Assembly (NCBI GenBank): GCA_045837725.1 | Contig: JBEWZL010000057.1 | Coordinates: 1 to 64,000 of the forward strand | Reading direction: 5' to 3' | DNA from: Vermamoeba vermiformis | Taxonomy: Eukaryota | Length of the DNA stretch: 64,000 nt | Shown: positions 1-12,829 of the stretch, one piece after another | Layout of the letters: each line of letters begins with the position of its first letter | Numbering within the stretch: position 1 is the stretch's first letter | Translations under genes and position numbers: made by a program | The notes under the pieces: generated by a model | What the model was told of the DNA's origin: nothing | The model's input: only the letters and a program-made list of their open reading frames with translations | The model's database searches: none

Positions 1-145
1 AAAATGCATTTGGGTCATATTTGGGGGGCATTGGGAGGATTATTTGATGGAAAATCAATGTTTTGTAAGATTTTTAATAAAATTTGATGTTGGCCCTTGA
101 AATTACTTGCAAAAATCTGCAAATTTTCAATCATTGCTGCCCCAT

Positions 146-680
146 TCGGAAATCATTAGCAATTTCCAAATTAGGAAGGTTGCTAGCATAAACAATGCTT
201 TACAGCATGTACATACCATTCCAACTTGTCCCGTCAAATTCTGTCAATTACTAACTGTTTGCCAGAGTGCTCCAAGGTGGAAACAGGCAGTTAGTGTAAC
301 TAGCAAATATAACCATATATGGCAGGAGGTTATGGACATCATAAGTGGACCTTTACAAAAAACAATGATTTGAACTTGCCGCGCCAAATTCCGGCAATTA
401 CTAACGACTTCCTTGTTGCTCGTAATCCTTGTAAATTCTGTTTTTTAACTGAAATTTCGGGATTTGACAGTAATTACCAAATTAGGAAAGGATGGGGCAG
501 TTGGCATTTGTTGCACCATGGTTACTAAAGTTGAAACTTGTCCCGACAGTTTTTATCAATTACTAACGATTTGCTGATCACTTTACTATATTTCTATATT
601 AGGCAAGTAGAAAACTCAGTTTTCACCTGGGAAGTGCAAGGCATATAAATGATGAAGGGAAACTGTTAGTAATTGCCAGA
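146..680. repeat. Degenerate internally repetitive non-coding tract, possibly the subterminal region of a transposon
   Basis: AACTTG(T/C)C..(N)..CAATTACTAAC units at ~223, ~373 and ~535; CCAAATTAGGAA at 166 and 477 (~311-bp period); inverted GTTAGTAATTG at ~665; no credible ORF. Confidence 0.5.
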
Positions 681-1100
681 TCATATGCACACAAGTGCCA
701 AGAGGAGTGTTTTGCAAATGTCAACCTCATGGACCCCTGATATGCACCACAAATTTCCTTTTTAGGCTATTCCATGCTATATACTTGCTTTTTGCACTGT
801 ATTTGCCCTAGGAACACTCAAGTAAGCATCAGACTCCAATTCTTTTGTGTACCATGATCTGGCAACCTTCAAAGCATCAAATCATGATTACAAACCAGTG
901 AAACACTTCCTAATATGGGCACCTTAGAGTAAAATGGGGGTTTCCCAGTTGATTTTCAAGAAAACAGGCTGTAACTTCAGCTCTACGGCATATTTTGATG
1001 TGCCGTTTTTTTTGTTCAACTTGCACTTCCATGTACTATGGGTTTTCTGAATAAAAAAATGTAATATACCCAAAGACATTTCTACAATACCCTCCGACAT

Positions 1101-3298
1101 ACGTCAATAGTTGAAGGCCTTATACTACGATATAAAATTAACACTGGAGTATTTGATTTTCGGAGGATCAAGAACCGCGTGATCAGATTTCAAGTCCAGT
1201 GTTATCATTTAGGCCGCGTTGTAAGCCAAGGAAGTTCATTGCAATGGCGGTTATTACCAAAAAGGCGAATAGCAGACGAAGATTCACCGACAGCAGTTGA
1301 AGACGAAGGTATTTCATACCACTCATTTAATTGTTAAATTCTGTGCTTGCATTCAAATCCTGGCATTTATTTTTATATACTCAATGGTGTCGCTAATACT
1401 GACTTAATGTGCAGTCGTTGTCCCTATAACGTGGATGCAGGGAAATGACATCCCGTCCACAATTCCGAGCTCGGAAGAACCATCACCGCAATATTATTCC
1501 TCACCCTATGAAGACGACGAAGATAGCACTATGTTGGCACTTAACAGCCCTGAGCAAGAGCGCAGCTTCGAGCCATACGAAGAGCGTTTACTCGTCCAAC
1601 CACAGTAAGATTTGTTTAGGGATTACGCGCCTTTCTAACTTGTCAAAGGGACTACGACACTAATCAGTACATGGTGCTATACAACGGCAACGCAGAAGTG
1701 ATTGGCAACTTCAGAGCACTCAACTTCTACAAAGCATCAGACATCAACATCAAAGAGGACATTCGATTGCTCACTGAAGGTACGTAATAGGTCTCGAGTA
1801 CACTTTGAATATGTTGTTTATACATGAATGTCAGATCGTGATCCTCGTGGCGTGTTGTTGCAAATCGATGGAGTGGAATACAAGTTCAAAGAAGGACTGC
1901 GCGGCAACACTGATGCCAACAAACGATTCGTTGGTTACATTGCACAACAAATCGAAAGTGTTGTGCCTTCAGCAGTGCAACTGATCGATGGTATCTTGCA
2001 TGTGGACTACGAGTCATTGATTCCATATTTGAGTGAATCGATCAAACAGAACTTCAAAGACATCAACAATCTCAACTCCAAAACAGATCAAATCCATCAA
2101 GTGGTTGATATGATGTACAACGAGTTCATCAAGAAAGAGCGACATCGCACGAGAGGTAGTGACGTCTACTCTAGCAGCAAGCGTACAAAACGAAAATGGG
2201 GTTGGATCATTGGCGCATCAGTCTCGCTAGTCTTACTGCTCTGCGTGGCTCTCGGAGTGTTCTTATCTTTGCGCCCTAACGCCCAATCATTAACGCCGTT
2301 AACACCAAGCACACCCGCTGGTTCAACTCCTGTACCAACACCTTCAGTTCCCTCCGCTCCGATAGATCAGCTCGCAGATATGATGGCGCTACAAGAATTT
2401 TACACGTCAGCGAACGGAATACATTGGGGCACTACAAAATGGATGACAAAGGCGCCGTTCTGTGAATGGGAGGGCGTTACGTGCAACGAAGAAGGACGAG
2501 TGATCAAACTTCGACTTAGACTTAGAAAGTATGCGAGGGCCACTTACGGACGCTATTGGCCATCTTGATCAACTGCAGGACTTGCACATCTCGTACACCG
2601 GACTCAGCGGCACTATCCCCACAACTTTGCTGAATCTGACTCAGTTGGAGTACTTAAATCTCGACTACAACAATTTCGAGGGCGTAGTTCCACCCGAGCT
2701 CTTCTCACTCCCAAAGTTGAGGTCCATTTCGATCAGTGGCAGAAACAACTTCTTGCCCTGGGAGATACCTACAGCGATCGAAAATGCACTTCTGCTGGAG
2801 GATCTCACGTTAGACGGATGCAATGTGATCGGAACTCTTCCTGCGGAGATTGCCACTTTGCCAAAGTTGACAGAACTTTCCTTGGAAAACAATCAACTCG
2901 CTGGCACTATTCCGAGCTTCAAAGGCTCTTCCCTCCAGTTGTTACACCTGTGGAGCAATCAATTCAGTGGTAGCATTCCACCGTTGCCTGTCACGTTGAA
3001 TAGCTTGGACTTGTCGCGCAATAACTTGACAGGTGGCTTGACGAACGTCAACGCGCTCAGCAACTTGACGCACCTTTCCTTGAACTTCAATAGCTTGAGC
3101 GGCGAGTTTTGGTTGAACGATCTGCTGATGGGTAGCATACTGACTCTCAATATTGCTAATAATGAGTTTACTTCTGTCGCACCAACGCTAGCAAACCCTG
3201 TGGCACTTGCGCAATTCCGCTGCGACGTGTCGGATAATGATTTTAAATGTCCTATCCCTGACTGGATGACGATCGATTGCAGTGGTGATTGCGTGTAA
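1101..3298 (+). pseudogene. Copy A of the MYRF-like S74-TM-LRR family; 5'-truncated in exon 1, apparent frameshift at ~2530
   Basis: 1101-1308 translates TSIVEGLILRYKINTGVFDFRRIKNRVIRF...LLPKRR, homologous to the second half of exon 1 of copies B-D. Further exons 1415-1604, 1649-1779 (YKASDINIKEDIR) and 1835-3298 (GYIAQQ, TM helix, CEWEGVTC cap, LRRs). Similarity stops upstream of ~1101. Confidence 0.7.
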
Positions 3299-3429
3299 TA
3301 TATTTGCGGTGTAAATAAAAGTATGTGATTTTGTTCATAAAAAGTTGCACTTTTCAACTGAACTTTCGGCTGACGAGGAGACAGAACCCATTTTTCACGT
3401 TTTCGACACCGTTAAAATATGATCGATTT

Positions 3430-5921
3430 ATGCAACAAGTACATATACAAAATAACTTTCTGCTATTCGTCCCGATTAGCGGCGGCGACGAATCTGTCTT
3501 CTCATTTTCACCTACAACTACCCCGCATCTCGGTTTGAATTTGACGAAGCAAGATTCGAACGAAAGATGGTTTTACCAGGTGAAGATTGTATTATGGGAA
3601 GGCAACAATGAAGTCGTAGTCAATAACTGCCTGAGTTGGGCGAAACGAGTGCCATACAGATTCCAATTACAGCCGAATACAACAAATATCGAAGGATTAT
3701 TATTTAAATTAAAAGTTAATCCTGGTCGATTTGATTTCAGACGAAGCAAACAACGTATTGTCAGATTCAATGTGACCTGTTTCAGTTCTGGTGCTCCTAT
3801 AGGTCAAGGAACTTCAGCTTTATGTCAACTATTACCTAAAAAGCGTGTTGCAGACGTAAATGAAGGTTTAGAAGCGGAAGGTAAGCATAGTGATTTTATT
3901 TTAATTTTCCTTAATTTATCAAATTATTTTTTTATTTTATAAATATCTTCCACGTAATTTAGCAAGTTGCCGTTGCTAATTTAATTTTGCTAGTCGTTAT
4001 TCCTGTGGCATGGACTACTAGTAATAGCAGCGACTCTAGTAACTCAATCAACTCAGCGGAGTCGATATCGCAGCATTCTTATGCATCACCAAGCCTAGAT
4101 AGTGGTGAAGTGCTCGAAATAAATAATTCCGACGGCCAGGAAGGCGGATCTGGCAGCTACGAAGACATCAATTCTGAAGACAACGCGTTATTGCCCGCAA
4201 TGTAGGTACCTCAATGTAATCAACCACCCGTGTTAACGTATAATTAGCAACACAAACATTTTTGTACCTAATGACTCACCTTCGTACGATCTAAATGGAG
4301 GAATGTTGGCTTCGAGGTAGGTGTCGTGTTACTCTTACAATTTGATCGCTAACCGTCAGCAGATACGCGGATGATGATCAATATATGGTGCTGTACAACG
4401 GCAACGCAGAAGTGATTGGCAACTTCAGAGCACTCAACTTCTACAAAGCATCAGACATCAACATCAAAGAAGACATTCGATTGCTCGTCGATGGTAAGTA
4501 GTTGTTTTGGCACGTGTCAAGACTTGGTCAATTTTCTTTGTTCATTTGTGTTATCAGACTATGACCCACGAGGAGTTCTGATGAAGATCGATGGCGTGGA
4601 GTACAAGTTCAAACGAGGAGTGAGCAACACGACAAACAAACGATTCGTTGGGTACATTGCACAACAAATCGAAAGTGTTGTGCCTTCAGCAGTGCAACTG
4701 ATCGATGGTATCTTGCATGTGGACTACGAGTCATTGATTCCATATCTGAGTGAATCGATCAAACAGAACTTCAAAGACATCAACAATCTCAACTCCAAAA
4801 CAGATCATATTAACGATGTCGTGGATATGATGTACGCAGAATACCTGAAAAAAGAACGGAAGAAGAAATCAGCTAATGCATATTCGACCACGCATTCGCC
4901 AGACGACGGACCAATGGAATTCTTTGTCGTGGAGGACAAACGAAGTAAACGCAGGAAATGGAATTGGATCGTTTTTGGCTCAGTGCTTGGATTGGTGCTG
5001 GCAAGTTTAATCAGCAGTGTGATACTGTGGCAGTTCCTCTACAATTCTCAAGTCCCGGGTACATCTGCCGCGACAGACAGAGAAGTACTCATAGAACTAT
5101 TCAACGCTACCAACGGTGTTTATTGGAAGAATTCAAAGAAGTGGCTGTCAACGGCGTCAATATGTGAGTGGTATCAAGTCACGTGCAACAACTACGGGCG
5201 AGTGTCAAAGTTAGTACTAAGAGACAACAATATCACGGGCACTCTGCCACCGTCAATTATCAAGCTGGACAATCTAGTAGAGCTGTCAATTCACTCTAAC
5301 GACCTCGGAGGAGAGTTTCCAATCGACCTTCTGAGCTTGCCCTCACTGCAGTCCTTGAGAGTACACGGAGGCTCGTTTACTCCGTGGGAGATTCCGTCGA
5401 ATATCAACAAGGCAACTGTGCTTACAATTTTATCGCTGAACAATTGTAGTTTGATTGGACCACTTCCAAAAGAGCTAGGGACACATCAAAGCTTGACGAA
5501 AATTGACGTGTCAAACAACAGAATCGATGGCACTCTGCCGAGCTTTGCCGCTTCAATCATTGAAGTGCTTCGATTCGAGAACACGCAGCTCTCAGGCGCG
5601 ATCCCTCTGCTACCCGACAATATCCTCGAGCAATTGATCTTGCGACAGAACGAGATGACGGGCGGATTGAGTCGCCTTGCAACACTAACTCAAGTGATGG
5701 TGTTGGACTTGGCGCACAATAATTTCCGTGGTGACTTGGAGTTAAGTGATGAAGCACTGGACACTCTAACGCTACTCGATGTCTCGGACAATTCTATCAC
5801 TGCCGTGCACGCAGACTTGAGCAGGATAAACACTTACGTTGTTTGCAACGTGTCGGTCAACTCGATTGATTGCCCGATTGATCAGTGGTTGGTGGACCAT
5901 TGCAAAGGCTCTTGTACATAA
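3430..5921 (+). CDS. Copy B: N-terminal beta-rich domain + peptidase S74/ICA autoprocessing domain + coiled coil + TM + LRR ectodomain (MYRF/MrfA-like layout)
   Basis: Exons 3430-3880, 3994-4201, 4248-4316, 4363-4493, 4558-5921 join in frame with GT-AG introns. Motifs: ASDINIK (S/K dyad), GYIAQQ, VDYESLIPYL, TM WIVFGSVLGLVLASLISSVILW, CEWYQVTC cap, LxxLxLxxNxxxGxxP repeats. Confidence 0.85.
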
Positions 5922-6207
5922 TATTTATAAATGGCATTTATTGTCGACATTATATTATTTGGTTGTATTGTCTCCTTTTCGCCTTCAAACGAATGACAAG
6001 ACGATATATAAGAAAGAGGAAGAAATAGGAGGATTGTCAGTGAGATTCGAGGAGAAAGGAGCCATAACAAACGACGAAAGAACCCGCCCGGGGGAATGAT
6101 CCGGCCAGCAAGTAGGAATCACCAACCATTTCACGTGCCGTGAGATCTCGGGTTGCAACGAAAATTATTGTTAGTTCGATTATTGAATGAAGTAGGTTAT
6201 ATAGAAC

Positions 6208-8813
6208 ATGCAACAAATACTTACCGCAAATAATTTTCAATTATTTATCCCTCTGGGAGGGGCCGAAGACACTGGATTTGCTTTTTCGCAAACTACAACT
6301 CCCTGCTTCGGTTTGACATTGACGAAACATGATACGCACGAGAGTTGGTTTTATCAAATAGATTTATTTCTTCACGAGGACGAGAGAGAATCAGCAATTC
6401 AATCGAGCTTGAGCTGGGCAAAGAGAACACCCTATCGCTTTCAGAAAAAGCACAACTCGTCAATTATTGATGGATTAGTGGTTCAAATACGAATTAATTC
6501 TGGCCTATTCGATTTCAGACGCATCAAAGAACGAGTGATCAGATTCAACGTTCAGTGCTTCTCATCTGGGAATTTGCTGAGTCAAGGCTCTTCTGCATTA
6601 TGTCAATTATTGCCCAAGAGGCGCGTGGCAGAAGATTCAGAAGTTGAAGAGGAGGGTAAGGAAGATCCACAAGTTAAATAACGATTCACAATTTCTCATT
6701 TTTATCTTTGAATGGGAGACGTTCGATAACAATACATATAATTATAATTATTAATTTTAATTTAGTAACGGTTGTTCCAATTGAATGGCTTCCGGATCGC
6801 CCGATAAATCCAATCGTTTATCAAAGCTCGGAAGAGCCTTCGCCGCAAGCATATACTCCCTCTTATAAATATGAAGAAGAGGACAGTCCAATGGTGGGCG
6901 TTCACAACTCGGAAGGAAGTTACGACGCTTTTGATTCTGATGAAAATATCCTCGCTCCGATTGACAAGTAAGGCCAATAATGTTATTATAGTAATACTTT
7001 TGCATAAATAATAATTGATTTATTGTCGCAGAAAGGTCAACTTTCCTCGTTACGGATCGGAATACGGGGAATACGAGTTTGATAGCGTAAATTCGTAAGT
7101 TTGAGTAGATAGTTCTGTCATTCTTTATCTAACCCATAATGTATGTAGTACACACTACTATAAGCACGAAAGCAACGATAATAATCAATACATGGTGCTG
7201 TACAACGGCAATGCAGAAGTGATTGGAAACTTCAGAGCACTCAACTTCTACAAAGCATCGGACATCAACATCAAAGAGGACATTCGATTGCTCACTGAAG
7301 GTACGTAATAGGTCTCGAGTATACTTTGAATATGTTGTTTATACATGAATATCAGATCGTGATCCTCGTGGCGTGTTGTTGCAAATCGATGGAGTGGAGT
7401 ACAAGTTCAAAGAAGGACTGCGCGGCAACACTGATGCAAACAAACGATTCGTTGGGTACATTGCACAACAAATTGAAAGTGTTGTGCCATCAGCAGTGCA
7501 ACTGATCGATGGTATCTTGCATGTGGACTACGAGTCATTGATTCCATATCTGAGTGAATCGATCAAACAGAACTTCAAAGACATCAACAATCTCAACTCC
7601 AAAACAGATCAAATCCATCAAGTGGTTGATATGATGTACAACGAGTTCATTAAGAATGATAAGAAGGCAAAATCAGCGCACGATACTACATCACGCCGTA
7701 CCTCAAAGAGACCGCACGCGTGGATTATTGCTGCATCAGTCTCAGTGACGTTCTTAATCACAGTGGCTGTGGGCGTGTTCTTTGTGCTGCCTTACGTGTA
7801 TTCAGTCAATCCGAATCCACCGAGCTCTAACACAACCCCGCCGAGTTCACCAGACACAAACCCCGTGCCAGTCCCTCCTTTATCCAACGAACAGCTGATT
7901 CTTGCAGACCTATTCAATGCTACTCGCGGCCCGTATTGGACCAGATCGATCAATTGGCTCAATACAACGCTGTCAGTGTGTCACTGGGCAGGTGTCAATT
8001 GTGACAGCGATGGGCGTGTTATTGAATTGATCCTCAGCAACAATGACATGCGCGGCACATTGCCAGCATCGATTGGAGATTTGGAGCGGTTGCAAGTGAT
8101 TAATTTCTCATTGAACAGCATCGGCGGAACAATTCCAGCGACCATTGGCAAGTTGAAGAACTTACGCAGTCTAAATCTGGTCCTCAATCACTTCCGCGGC
8201 ACTGTTCCCGTGGAGATTTCAATGTTGACAGAGTTGCAATCGATTTCTCTCAGCTCGAATTTGTTTGATGATTGGCAAATACCGGTGCAGTGGCAACAAT
8301 TGACCAAGCTCAAACACATTAATTTGGACAGCACTGGCCTCGTCGGAACAATTCCAGACATATTTGGCGCGATGACACAGCTGTCTTCGCTGTCACTTTA
8401 TTACAACTTGCTCGAGGGCACTGTGCCGAGCTTAATCAACACGAACATTTCTACGCTCAAAATCAACTCGAACAAGTCTCTCTGGCAACATCCCGCTTTT
8501 GCCCAGCCAGTCGTTGCAGTTAATCAATCTGCAGAACAACAGCTTCACGGGAGGTCTCGAGAACATCAACAACATTACAAGTTTGCAATACCTCACCTTG
8601 TCGAACAACAACTTTCAAGGCGAGTTCTGGCTGCGCGATGATTTGATGAGCTCATTGAAGAGTCTCAACATTGCAGGCAATCACTTCACGAGTGTGCCCG
8701 CGTCATTGACACCGTTGCGCGCGTCAGTTATCATGTGCAGTGCCTCGGACAATGACTTCAAGTGTCCGTTGCCTGATTGGCTCGTCAAACGCTGTAAAGC
8801 AACTTGTGCTTGA
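6208..8813 (+). CDS. Copy C of the S74-TM-LRR family (apparent frameshift at ~8480)
   Basis: Exons 6208-6655, 6766-6967, 7032-7094, 7149-7300, 7356-8813; same S74 motifs, TM helix, Pro-rich stalk, CHWAGVNC cap, LRRs, C-terminal C...CPLPDW..C..C. Confidence 0.82.
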
Positions 8814-8885
8814 TTGCATCGAAGGAAGCTTGTAAGTAATGATTTAATTTATGTACATAAATGTTGCTGCGAGTCGACAAAGGTG

Positions 8886-11375
8886 TCAGGAACAGTTCAC
8901 GTTGCACTTCGCTTTCATCCAATCAGGTACGGGACACCAAAACATGTTTTGATCCGCACGGCACGACACTAGATTCTCTGGGACAACATCCATTATTGCA
9001 GGATCTACCTTGTTATATCCATTTTTGACAATATTTAATCGTTGTATTGTCCTGAGAACCGAAACTGGAAGCGAAAAGACTAAAGAAGAAGTAGATCCAT
9101 CGCCTTCGATGTCGAGATCCGTCAAGTTCTTCATGCTTGCAAGTTTGTCGTCTAATGTGCCATAAAAGGAAAGGTATGCCATGTGCAGTACTTGCAGTGA
9201 GCTGGAAAATGTCGGAAGAAAGCCATTGAGCCTGGTGTTGGACAGGCGCAAGTCAATCAAATTGGGACCCGAAAACGCAGGAATGCGGCCATACAAGTAA
9301 AAGTTGTTTTGAAGTGACACTTTGACAAGCGACGGCAAGGCGATTTCAGGTGGCACGTACGACACATTGGTCTGTTCGAGATTGAGAATTTGCAGCTGTG
9401 TCATGAGCTTTACGTCTGCAGGTACCACCCAGCCAGCAAATGAATTCTGATCGAGCATCAGCTCTACAAGCGATGTCATTCTGAAAATATCTTCGGGCAC
9501 TGTGCCTTGCAATTGATTGTCAGACAAGATAAGTCGCTGTAGTCTGATCGAGGCCAGCGAGGCAGGAATAGTGCCGTTGAGGTGATTCGAAGACAAGTCG
9601 AGGACTTTCAGCTGTGTCAGGCCTGATATGGAGTCTGGAATGGTGCCTCTGAGTCCAAATTGACTCAAATTGAGCTGTTCGACGTGTCTTCGTTGCGTAG
9701 AATTGCTGCACGTGACACCAGACCAGTCGCACATTGGGCTGTCGCTGTCCCAATCACTACTCCAGGACGGTCCATTTGTCGCGTTATATAACTCGATTAG
9801 AATGCGTCGCTCAATCATATTGTCAGGGCTCTGAAGAGGGGAAGGGATACTTGGAGTCGGTGTGAGTACAGCAGTTGGCACTTGTGTTTCGGGTGATGGT
9901 GCACTAGGAACGTGCGACGGACTTGGCGATATTGTTGTTGGACTCGGGCTCGGCGCAGGGGTGAAGTGGATTGGAATATAGTTCAGTCCAATCAGAACTC
10001 CAATCGCTGCAAATGTTGCAATCACGAGGGGTATGAGGTAGCGCAGGTACTTTTTAGACCCTTTGGACTCAACAAAAATGACGTCGTCATTGACTTTTGG
10101 TCCAGATTGAGTGTTTCTCCGTCGGTCATTCTTGGTGAACTCGTTGTACATCAAATCAACCACTTGATGGATTTGATCTGTTTTGGAATTGAGATTGTTG
10201 ATGTCTTTGAAGTTCTGTTTGATCGATTCACTCAGATATGGAATCAATGACTCGTAGTCCACATGCAAGATACCATCGATCAGTTGCACTGCTGAAGGCA
10301 CAACACTTTCAATTTGTTGTGCAATGTACCCAACGAATCGTTTGTTTGTCGTGTTGCTCACTCCTCGTTTGAACTTGTACTCCACGCCATCGATCTTCAT
10401 CAGAACTCCTCGTGGGTCATAGTCTGATAACACAAATGAGCAAACAAAATTGACCAGTCTTGACACATGTCAAAGCAACTGCTTACCATCGACGAGCAAT
10501 CGAATGTCCTCTTTGATGTTGATGTCTGATGCTTTGTAGAAGTTGAGTGCTCTGAAGTTGCCGATCACTTCTGCATTGCCGTTGTACAGCACCATATATT
10601 GCTCGTCGTTATCGTATCTTGTCAGCATGTGTTGCTCATTGGCACTGATGTCTTCATACGGGGACATATTGAGAGCGACTTCATCTGAACTAATGCCACT
10701 ATTGTCGTTATTGCTTGAAGTATAAGTTGTCATAATACTATCGTTTTGATTCGAGGGTGTAAAATCTTCAGGGGAGGCGTCGCCCGAGCCAACATCATTT
10801 GGTCGCCAGAATATTGGTATTAGCGCTGTAAATAAAATTAATAATTATGGCAACAAAATACGCGATTACGATACGGATCAGATCCGTGTCAAAATTACTG
10901 ATCTGTCATAAAGTTGAATCATACCATCGTCGTAGGGAGCTGTATCATCTTCTGCAAAACGTCTCTTTGCTAATAGTAAGCAATTCGATGACGAGCCTTG
11001 ATTAAGGAGAGTGTCAAGCTTGAAACAGCTGACGACAAATCTGATCAGACGTTGTTTTGTTTTACGAAAGTCAAATATTCCACCATTAATTTTAAGTTGT
11101 AATATTAACCCTTCTATTGTCGTTGTTGAAGGTTTTGTTTGAAATCGATATGGATGTCGCTTTGCAAAACTCAAACAATTATCAACCGTCGTTTCTGTTG
11201 TTTCATCGCATAATAAAACATGCACAGAATAAAACCAGCTTTCTTGAGTATCGTTTTGCGTTATTATTACTCCAAAACTCGGTGTTGCGCTTTGTCCGAA
11301 CGTGAATCCACTGACATCCCCTCCTTCAACAGGGATGTACAACTGAAATATTGTCTTCACATGAATTTGCTGCAT
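8886..11375 (-). CDS. Copy D of the S74-TM-LRR family (inverted, intact)
   Basis: Exons 11375-10925, 10825-10487, 10423-8886 join in frame; MQQIHV start resembles copies B/C; YKASDINIKEDIR, GYIAQQ, TM helix, PS/PT stalk, CDWSGVTC cap, LRRs. Confidence 0.85.
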
Positions 11376-11793
11376 ATTTATCTCGGCCAATACATTGTCA
11401 ATGTGTTCATCGTGTTTGATGTGTCTGCGTAAATAATTAAAAAATCACATTATTACCAATTCAATGCGCAGAAGATTCCTGAGTGGAACGAACAATTGGC
11501 CGGAAACAACTTACTTCTTGGACAAGGTGTGCAAACCGACCTGATAGAAATAGTAAAAACTACTAACACTTCGGCAGCAGCAAGATTGCTACCGTATTAT
11601 TCGAAGTAAACGAGCCTCATTTCAGTTTCTTTGTCCATGCGTACTTATTTCCAAGTTCACAACCCTTTGTCCATGTACGTAAAGAGCCACATCACAGTTA
11701 AATTACGATTAGCTCTTCGGAGTTAGAACATTCCGACGATTTTTTCCCGCGCTGACGAGAAAAAAAGTTGTACTGAACCTATTATTGCACGTG

Positions 11794-12649
11794 ATGAACA
11801 CTAAAGCACTAATATCTGCCTTATTGGTCTTTATGACCTTGTGTGGCGCCGTCGCTAATTTTTTAAAACCCAACACTGGTAATGGCAACTCGAAGACAAA
11901 ATTAATTAATTACTAATTTATTTGTATTTTTTCGTTACGCAGTGCTGACTATTAAACAGATATTAAACGATTTCCGGATGGCTACTATGAAGTTCGATAT
12001 AGTGGCGGTAATTGCAGCCAGGTAAAGGGTTTCGTTTACAGACAGTTGAATGTTTGCGCAAGAGATGTGGACAATCCGGACTTCTATAGAGCGAATAAGT
12101 GCAATGGTCGCATTATGTCATCTGTAACATATTGCGACTCAAATTGCGATCCCGACCAGTGCTCTGGCGATGATTCGAGCCTGTTGGATGGCTGCATGCA
12201 GTCAAAACCTCACCCACTTGAGTCCATTCTGCGCACTTGTGGCCCAGCTCCAGAAATTTTGTATGGCCATCGATGGTTACTTACGTTTAAGTCAGCAGAA
12301 ACGGACTGCACCAACTCGATCTTGCATTCGGGAGTTATCTCGGATTCTTGCTTCATCATTTGGGTGAATCTAGCGAAGATGATCACTTGTAATGAGTACG
12401 TTGTATATAATATTATTTATATACCTTAAATTAATTAATTTCAACAATTACAGCACATCTCGAACGGAGATTCAGTTTTCACACTGCAATGATTATACTT
12501 GTGATGGGTGCACCGTGGATCAAAAAGTAACAGATAATGATGTCGGAAAATGCAAATCTTCTGAGGTTAGTATACAATGCTATTTCGAGATTACTCTAAC
12601 TCGAACTTATTTTCTAGACCACGAAGTGCGTTACGATGCTGCCTCCTAA
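11794..12649 (+). CDS. Small secreted cysteine-rich protein of unknown function (exon structure uncertain)
   Basis: Signal-peptide-like start MNTKALISALLVFMTLCGAVA at 11794; Cys-rich segments in ORFs 12046-12429 and 12392-12649 separated by GT-AG introns. Confidence 0.5.
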
Positions 12650-12829
12650 TTAGGTGGCTCATGTATTGCGTATGTTGTTTTCATTAAAGACTATATTTAC
12701 ATAAACGTTCAATACGGGCGTTCAATGCGGGTAACGGAAAAATTAGGTTTACTTAAGTCAACTAGTGATATCGCCCAAATTAACAATAAAGTAGTTTGAA
12801 TTCGCATTAACTTTATTTACACTTTGATC

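Noticed and set aside
146-680. CRISPR array
   Set aside because: Repeats are degenerate with long irregular spacing, the context is eukaryotic and there are no cas genes.
1828-10466. Prophage tail-fibre genes suggested by the S74 domains
   Set aside because: The domains are intron-split and embedded in TM-LRR proteins; no phage structural or replication genes are present.
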